DNA of 29,500 nt, from the IMG/VR virus record IMGVR_UViG_3300025267_000079, positions 1-29,500 of that record. One strand, given 5' to 3'. This DNA is from a virus (taxonomy: Duplodnaviria; Caudoviricetes). Below, one piece after another: positions 24,468-29,500 of this stretch (position 1 is its first letter; every line of letters begins with the position of its first letter). Position numbers and translations under genes: made by a program. The notes beneath the pieces were generated by a model. It saw only the letters and a list, made by a program, of their open reading frames with translations. It searched no databases and was not told where the DNA came from.

Positions 24468-24495
24468 ATTATACTCCTAGACTTTATAAAGTCAA
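24468..24495 (-). promoter_or_regulatory. Sigma70-like promoter with an overlapping 14-bp palindrome
   Basis: TTGACT (24495-24490), 16-nt spacer, TATAAT (24473-24468); perfect palindrome GACTTTATAAAGTC at 24480-24493. Confidence 0.65.
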
Positions 24496-24499
24496 ACTA

Positions 24500-24859
24500 T
24501 TATGGTTTAGTAAACTTATCTTTTGTAGCTTTGATTGCTACATACCAAGTACCTGTTTTTGCATCTGCCCCAAACTTCTCGTCATCTATATCGTGGTATA
24601 GCTTGTCCAACTGGTCGGGGATACTTGGATAGCTGCCAGTAACCGTTGAGTCAGTCCTGAGTGCTGCGTAGTCTGACGATTCCCCGCCACTTGCTATAAG
24701 AGCAGTACGAACATCCGTTGCTGCCCTATTCGTTGCCCAATCGTCAATCGTGGCTTCGTATTCAGAATCACTCAATGTCACACTGACACCATTCACGTTC
24801 TTTGTCAGCGATGAATGACTTGCCCTTATAGCTGTAATATGTTCTGCTTTAGTTGCCAT
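24500..24859 (-). CDS. Fibre-associated small protein (assembly chaperone-like)
   Basis: C-terminal YPSIPDQLDKLYHDID..TWYVAIKATKDKFTKP resembles small proteins that follow fibre genes in aquatic phages; AAGGAG RBS. Confidence 0.6.
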   Translation of the reverse strand: MATKAEHITAIRASHSSLTKNVNGVSVTLSDSEYEATIDDWATNRAATDVRTALIASGGESSDYAALRTDSTVTGSYPSIPDQLDKLYHDIDDEKFGADAKTGTWYVAIKATKDKFTKP

Positions 24860-24871
24860 TTAATTACTCCT

Positions 24872-25408
24872 TTATGAAACTCCGTACATGTAAATTGTCC
24901 CTGCGTCCATATTTCCATGAGAAAATAGGAATTGCATTGCATTAACAGCGGATGTTGTATTAATGTAGCCAGCGACATGTTGAAATGCTTGCCAGTCTCC
25001 ACCATTACATGCATCAGTTTCTATTACAAAATGCTTTACATACGTCGTGTTAGACGGATCGTATAACGTCATTTTTCCAGACATGGATTTGTCAGCGTCA
25101 TCATGTCCCACATCCTCTGACATATAAATAGCGTCGGTAGATTGTGCAGCATCGTAACCATCTACATATGCAAGCCCTGTTGCGTCGGCTTCAGTATGAT
25201 ATGCCCTCATATACGATGTTGTCGTTGCAACTCCATAACTTGACCCACCATTGACGCTTGCCTTAAAAGCTGGATAGTATGCGTTTGTCGCTGGATGGAG
25301 ATTCACAAAGTAAAACTGATACTCGTTGTAAGTACCGTCGATCCCAGATGTAAAGTCGAGGCTGGCATCACTTGAAGCACTCTGCGAGGAAATAAACACA
25401 AGCCCCAT
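24872..25408 (-). CDS. Fibre-associated beta-sandwich protein, paralog 3
   Basis: FTSGIDGTYNEYQFYFVNLHP..SGKMTLYDPSNTTYVKHF..AGYINTTSAV..GTIYMYGVS. Confidence 0.7.
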   Translation of the reverse strand: MGLVFISSQSASSDASLDFTSGIDGTYNEYQFYFVNLHPATNAYYPAFKASVNGGSSYGVATTTSYMRAYHTEADATGLAYVDGYDAAQSTDAIYMSEDVGHDDADKSMSGKMTLYDPSNTTYVKHFVIETDACNGGDWQAFQHVAGYINTTSAVNAMQFLFSHGNMDAGTIYMYGVS

Positions 25409-25971
25409 TATTTCACCCCGAACATCTTGATTGTGCCAGATTGGATGGTGTCACTGGACATCTTAAATTGAACTCTCGTAATGGCAGCCGTGATGTTGAT
25501 ATATCCTGCCGTGTATGCCGACATTGTTGCATCGTTTGATTGATAATTATTAGAGGCATTAACAAAGTGCTTCAAGTAAGTGGTGCTTGATGGGTCGTAC
25601 AGTGTCAGAATCCCAGAAGCACTCTCGTCACTCCCTTCGCCCATTTCCTTACAAAGTTTTTCAAAAACACCGTTGCCGTCACCAACAGTTGCTTGGTCAT
25701 TACCACCGGAATAAGCCAACGCAGTGCCACTGCCATCTTCATTGACATAATGTTGCCAGTAAGAAGTTGACATCGGGTGGTCGTAGTCGGAATCACTTCC
25801 GGTTTCTACTTGAAAACCAAAACTCACACCAGCAGTTTCTGGATTTATGTTCACGTAATGAAATTCATAAACTGGGTACGTGCTGTCGATGCCCGAAGTG
25901 ATAGAAACAGTAGATACCGGTGTGTCAGAAGTAGTTATATCTAGTGGTGTGGAGATTAGTGTCTTAGACAT
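25408..25971 (-). CDS. Fibre-associated beta-sandwich protein, paralog 2
   Basis: ITSGIDSTYPVYEFHYVNINP..SGILTLYDPSSTTYLKHF..AGYINITAAI..GTIKMFGVK. Confidence 0.7.
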   Translation of the reverse strand: MSKTLISTPLDITTSDTPVSTVSITSGIDSTYPVYEFHYVNINPETAGVSFGFQVETGSDSDYDHPMSTSYWQHYVNEDGSGTALAYSGGNDQATVGDGNGVFEKLCKEMGEGSDESASGILTLYDPSSTTYLKHFVNASNNYQSNDATMSAYTAGYINITAAITRVQFKMSSDTIQSGTIKMFGVK

Positions 25972-26648
25972 TATGATTTCACCAATCCGTACATCTTGAT
26001 TTCGCCACCTTGTATCTCACCGCTATCAAATTTGAAGTCAATCTCATCTATTGCAGAGGTCGTATTGATGTATCCTGCAACGTGCGTGTCCATGTGGTAT
26101 TCATCTTTCTGCGACCTGTGCAGCCTAACTATGAAATGCTTTATATAGGTGGTATCTGAAGGGTCATATAAGGTGAGCATCCCTGATGTTGACTGGTCAT
26201 TATCGTTGCCGGGATTTTCTGCCAATGGTTGATACCCTGTTCCGTTTACTTGATCGTAGAGCGCGTCATATGACAACCAGCCACCCCCACCTTCACTCGC
26301 ATTTGCATCAAAGAAGGTCGTTTGCATTGTTTCGTTGAATCCCGACCCACCAGAAGCATTAAATTGAACTCCCAGCCTATCGGTATCAGTTTGAGCGTGG
26401 ATATTCGTAAATATGAACTCGTATACATCGTAAGTGCTATCGAACACCACCCCGCCAGTACCGTCTACAAAGCCAAGAGAGGAATCGCTGCCATCGCTGG
26501 TAGCCGTAGCGATCAGCGTATGAGATTCAGGTAGTACGCCAGTGAACTCAAACCCGTTTATCTTCTCTATATTATCATCGGTCTTGCCATTGAATTTTTC
26601 AATATCTGCAATTGCGACAGCATTTAGTTTTTCTATTTCGTTAGCCAT
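25971..26648 (-). CDS. Fibre-associated beta-sandwich protein, paralog 1, with N-terminal IEKxN repeats
   Basis: FDSTYDVYEFIFTNIH..SGMLTLYDPSDTTYIKHF..AGYINTTSAI..GEIKMYGL; N-terminus IEKLNA/IEKFNG/IEKING. Confidence 0.7.
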   Translation of the reverse strand: MANEIEKLNAVAIADIEKFNGKTDDNIEKINGFEFTGVLPESHTLIATATSDGSDSSLGFVDGTGGVVFDSTYDVYEFIFTNIHAQTDTDRLGVQFNASGGSGFNETMQTTFFDANASEGGGGWLSYDALYDQVNGTGYQPLAENPGNDNDQSTSGMLTLYDPSDTTYIKHFIVRLHRSQKDEYHMDTHVAGYINTTSAIDEIDFKFDSGEIQGGEIKMYGLVKS

Positions 26649-29500
26649 TATGCGTGTTCTATTATGTCGTTAGATGGATTGAAGTAAACAGAGTTCGCAG
26701 TCATAGCCCAACCTATAACCTGTACGAAGTCTCCGTCAGTATCAGGAGCAGTCTGCTCTGGCACATTTTCACCACTTGTTTCTGCTTCGGGTGTATATAA
26801 AGCACCACCTATTGTATAAGAAGGGAATGACCCGTTGTCTGCAAGGAATCCTTGGAGTAGGAATAACCCTGCTGCATCAGCACTAATATCTGCTGCTGCC
26901 ATAGCAACACACCTTGATGTAGCTGCTGCTGTTGCAACTGCTTTCCACATTTTGCTATCCGCAGCTTTGAAGTAGCAAACCTCTCCACGTACTAACGCTT
27001 CTCCTGCGGTAAAGGTTGCAGTAACTCCTGAGACAGTTTCATCTGCTGGGGTAGAGTCGATTTCTATATCTAGGGTTGCTTCTATTTGGTTTTCAAATAC
27101 AGTGTTACCAGCAATACGCAACTGATCTGTACCGTTCTCGTCGTATTCAATAGAGGCATCTGACCCATTGCCGAAGATAATCTTTTCATCGTCTTTTATA
27201 TAAATAGCCCCTGCAAACGTAGCGTCTTGCGCTGAGGAGATGCGGAAGGCTTCTGTCATTGAGCCACTAGTTGTTGCGGTGCGTAGAACTATTGCGCCAC
27301 CAACTGCATTCTCAGCGGGACTGCCATCATCAACTTCAACCTCTATCCGAGCGATTTCAGTGTTGAAGTCAGCGCCATCATCGACTGCGTATCTGAATCG
27401 CCCAATAAGGTCGTTGTCTGCAACAATCGCAAACGAGCCATCAGCAATTGCAGGGTCACGGGACTTGAGGAACGTTAAAGATGGGCCATATTCGTCCGCT
27501 CCGAACCGCCCTACTTTAATCATAGAGTCACTTCCACTAGTCCCAAGAACTTGCACCTCAGCGGTACTTGTGCCAGCCGCTGTTACCTGCGATGCGTGAC
27601 CTACAAGAAGTCCGTATCCGTTGCCAATCTTAAAGTCGGCTGCCTGTGTCCCAAGTGAGGTTATGCCTGTTTGAGCAGCGTCCACGCTCAAACTGTGGGC
27701 AATATTTTCCCCACTAGTTGCTCCTGTAGATGTAAGCCCCGTTCCCGCTGTAATATTCTGGACATAATCCCCTGTAGTATGCGTAGCTAGTGTGATTAAA
27801 TTGGTGAGGGAGGTGGCACCGGTACCGCCTTGTGCTACAGCAACCGTTGTTCCTTCCCATGTACCTGTTGCAATAGTCCCTACACCCGTGATATTAGATT
27901 GATTAGCTACAGTAACTAGTCCTGCCGAACTAAGTGCTTCGGTAGTACCCGAATAAATTGAACCATCGAATCGAACATTTCCTGCATCTACCCACATTGC
28001 CCAATTTCTAGTAATAGTTTGATTAGTACCCGCTGTAGCTGCGTTATTTATATATAGGGTTGCTGCGTCACTAGTTGTAACGGAAGCATTGGTTGCCGCA
28101 AGGGTTGGGGCTTCTAGGGCAACATGGGTATATTTAGCCGCTGTGCCTGAACCAGCGGTAGCACTATCGGTAATTGTAGATGTGTCAAGGTGAACCATTG
28201 CTCCGTTACCCGGTGTTACACTTTTATCTCCATCTAACGTTAGCCCAGTAAGAGTTCCAACTGAGGTTATGCCTGACTGGGCAGCATCCACACTAAGAGA
28301 ATGGGCTATGCTTTCCCCACTTGTAGCTCCCGTTGAGGTAAGACCTGTGCCAGCAGTAACAGTAGCAACGTAGTTACCTGTGGTGTGAGTCCCCATCGTA
28401 ATGAGATTATTTAGATTTGATTGCCCAGTACCCCCATCTGCAACGGCTACGTCTGTTCCACCAGCACGGTAAATTGCGTTACCCTCAATAGTTAGATCGC
28501 CTGAGCCTGATCGTGCTAATGTGGTATCTGAAGCATGACCTAGTTCTATTGCTCCAGCCGTGGTAATTGTACTGTCATCATTGATAGTTAGAGCCGTAGC
28601 TAGTGCGTTTAGTGAACTTCCAGAACCACCCTCATTTGCCACTTGGAAAATAATTGCACCACCAGCACCCGATCCTTTACCCTGACCACCTTGGAAAGTT
28701 AATGCCCCACCCGCAATATTATTAGTGGTTCCAGCAGTAGTAGCTCCTGCGGATACGGTTAGTACAGTACCCGCTGCGTCATGAGCAGAAGCGGTGGGGA
28801 TTAGTTTATTACTAGTAAATAAAAGGGTACTTTCAGCTTGTATTGCAGAAGTACCGTTACCTGTGAGTACAGCATTTGTTAGGAGAGTAGACACGCCAGT
28901 ACCACCGTGTGCCACAGCCACATCTGTTGCTTCCCATGTACCCGAACTTACGGTTCCTAATCCAGTAATGCTAGATTGGTTAGCAACAGCGACTAAACCT
29001 GCATTAGTCATCGCAGCCGTACTTCCCATAGTAAGAGTACCCGCTATTGTGGTGGTGGAAGCTGTACCCGCACCTATAGTTACGTCAACTTCCCCATCAT
29101 CGTCTGCTTGCCCCAATATTTGTAACCCAGCGGTTAGGTTGGCATCATTTTCTGCTACATAGAACCTTAGCCCCGCTGCTTCCGAACCCGCTGCCGAATC
29201 TATAATATACGAATCAATATAAGCCAGTCTTTCGTGAGTAGCTTCACCTGCATCAGTTCCAAACCACTCAATCGTTCCCATAACGTCATTGTCGTCACCA
29301 GATGCGCTATCCTTATTGAATCTAATTTTACCAGCGGTAGCTCCAGCATGGGTATTTGTAATATCTATCCTAGGTAAATCAGCAGATGATGAGGCCGTGG
29401 TTAGAAGATCACTTGCATAAGTCAAATTAGCTTCAGCATCTAATTCTGTAGTAGTAGCCCCTACCGTAACTAATTCATTAGCAGTTGCACTATTTAATGC
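26648..29500 (-). CDS. Long modular virion fibre protein (5'-truncated by the window)
   Basis: The frame stays open upstream of 29425 to the window edge (ALNSATANELVTVGATTTELDAEANLTY..). It is Gly/Ala/Thr/Ser-rich, has three VAVAxGGTG motifs and duplicated blocks, and ends in an AGEAL..G..Y domain. Confidence 0.85.
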   Translation of the reverse strand, partial: ALNSATANELVTVGATTTELDAEANLTYASDLLTTASSSADLPRIDITNTHAGATAGKIRFNKDSASGDDNDVMGTIEWFGTDAGEATHERLAYIDSYIIDSAAGSEAAGLRFYVAENDANLTAGLQILGQADDDGEVDVTIGAGTASTTTIAGTLTMGSTAAMTNAGLVAVANQSSITGLGTVSSGTWEATDVAVAHGGTGVSTLLTNAVLTGNGTSAIQAESTLLFTSNKLIPTASAHDAAGTVLTVSAGATTAGTTNNIAGGALTFQGGQGKGSGAGGAIIFQVANEGGSGSSLNALATALTINDDSTITTAGAIELGHASDTTLARSGSGDLTIEGNAIYRAGGTDVAVADGGTGQSNLNNLITMGTHTTGNYVATVTAGTGLTSTGATSGESIAHSLSVDAAQSGITSVGTLTGLTLDGDKSVTPGNGAMVHLDTSTITDSATAGSGTAAKYTHVALEAPTLAATNASVTTSDAATLYINNAATAGTNQTITRNWAMWVDAGNVRFDGSIYSGTTEALSSAGLVTVANQSNITGVGTIATGTWEGTTVAVAQGGTGATSLTNLITLATHTTGDYVQNITAGTGLTSTGATSGENIAHSLSVDAAQTGITSLGTQAADFKIGNGYGLLVGHASQVTAAGTSTAEVQVLGTSGSDSMIKVGRFGADEYGPSLTFLKSRDPAIADGSFAIVADNDLIGRFRYAVDDGADFNTEIARIEVEVDDGSPAENAVGGAIVLRTATTSGSMTEAFRISSAQDATFAGAIYIKDDEKIIFGNGSDASIEYDENGTDQLRIAGNTVFENQIEATLDIEIDSTPADETVSGVTATFTAGEALVRGEVCYFKAADSKMWKAVATAAATSRCVAMAAADISADAAGLFLLQGFLADNGSFPSYTIGGALYTPEAETSGENVPEQTAPDTDGDFVQVIGWAMTANSVYFNPSNDIIEHA
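27650..28450 (-). repeat. Internal duplication in the fibre gene (two ~65-aa copies 606 nt apart)
   Basis: VAVADGGTG..NNLITMGTHTTGNYVATVTAGTGLTSTGATSGESIAHSLSVDAAQSGITSVGT versus VAVAQGGTG..TNLITLATHTTGDYVQNITAGTGLTSTGATSGENIAHSLSVDAAQTGITSLGT. Confidence 0.9.

Noticed and set aside
24872-26648. Paralog trio as a diversity-generating retroelement or invertible shufflon
   Set aside because: No reverse transcriptase or invertase in the window, no near-identical template/variable repeat pair with adenine-specific differences, and all copies are co-oriented full genes
578-29162. All plus-strand ORFs in the track, and short nested minus-strand ORFs (21361-21576, 24826-25014, 25605-25796, 26246-26428)
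   Set aside because: They lie antisense to or nested within well-supported genes and have no recognisable motifs; most likely shadow ORFs
1-29500. tRNA, rRNA, CRISPR arrays, integrase, lysis genes or an alternative genetic code
   Set aside because: Intergenic gaps are too short for RNA genes or arrays, no such motifs were recognised, and genes are intact under the standard code with TAA, TAG and TGA all used as stops

Overview
Fragment of a tailed dsDNA phage genome (Caudoviricetes, siphovirus-like, probably lytic). All credible genes lie on the minus strand and are tightly packed, many with TAATG/ATGA-type stop-start overlaps. In transcription order (high to low coordinates) it holds: (1) a long modular fibre gene truncated by the window edge, three tandem paralogous small beta-rich fibre-associated genes and a partner gene; (2) a neck/tail module with head-tail adaptor, tail terminator, major tail protein, tail assembly chaperone with a -1 frameshift, tape measure, distal tail, tail tip and a peptidase-S74-chaperoned spike; (3) an HTH/Zn-finger regulator and a phage sigma factor; (4) a replication/recombination module with DnaB helicase, DnaG primase, SSB, PolA, MazG-like, RecA, DUF559, Cas4-like nuclease, UvsY-like and RuvC-like genes; (5) terminase small and large subunits; (6) the 5' part of a ribonucleotide reductase. 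The most striking observation is a ~55-aa insertion in PolA at the position of insertion loop 2 of eukaryotic Pol theta. Others are an unannotated frameshift product, an unannotated 39-aa ORF, a shared late-promoter-like motif, a repeated accessory domain in two tail proteins, and terminase genes placed away from the head genes. All calls come from motif recognition by eye; no searches were run.
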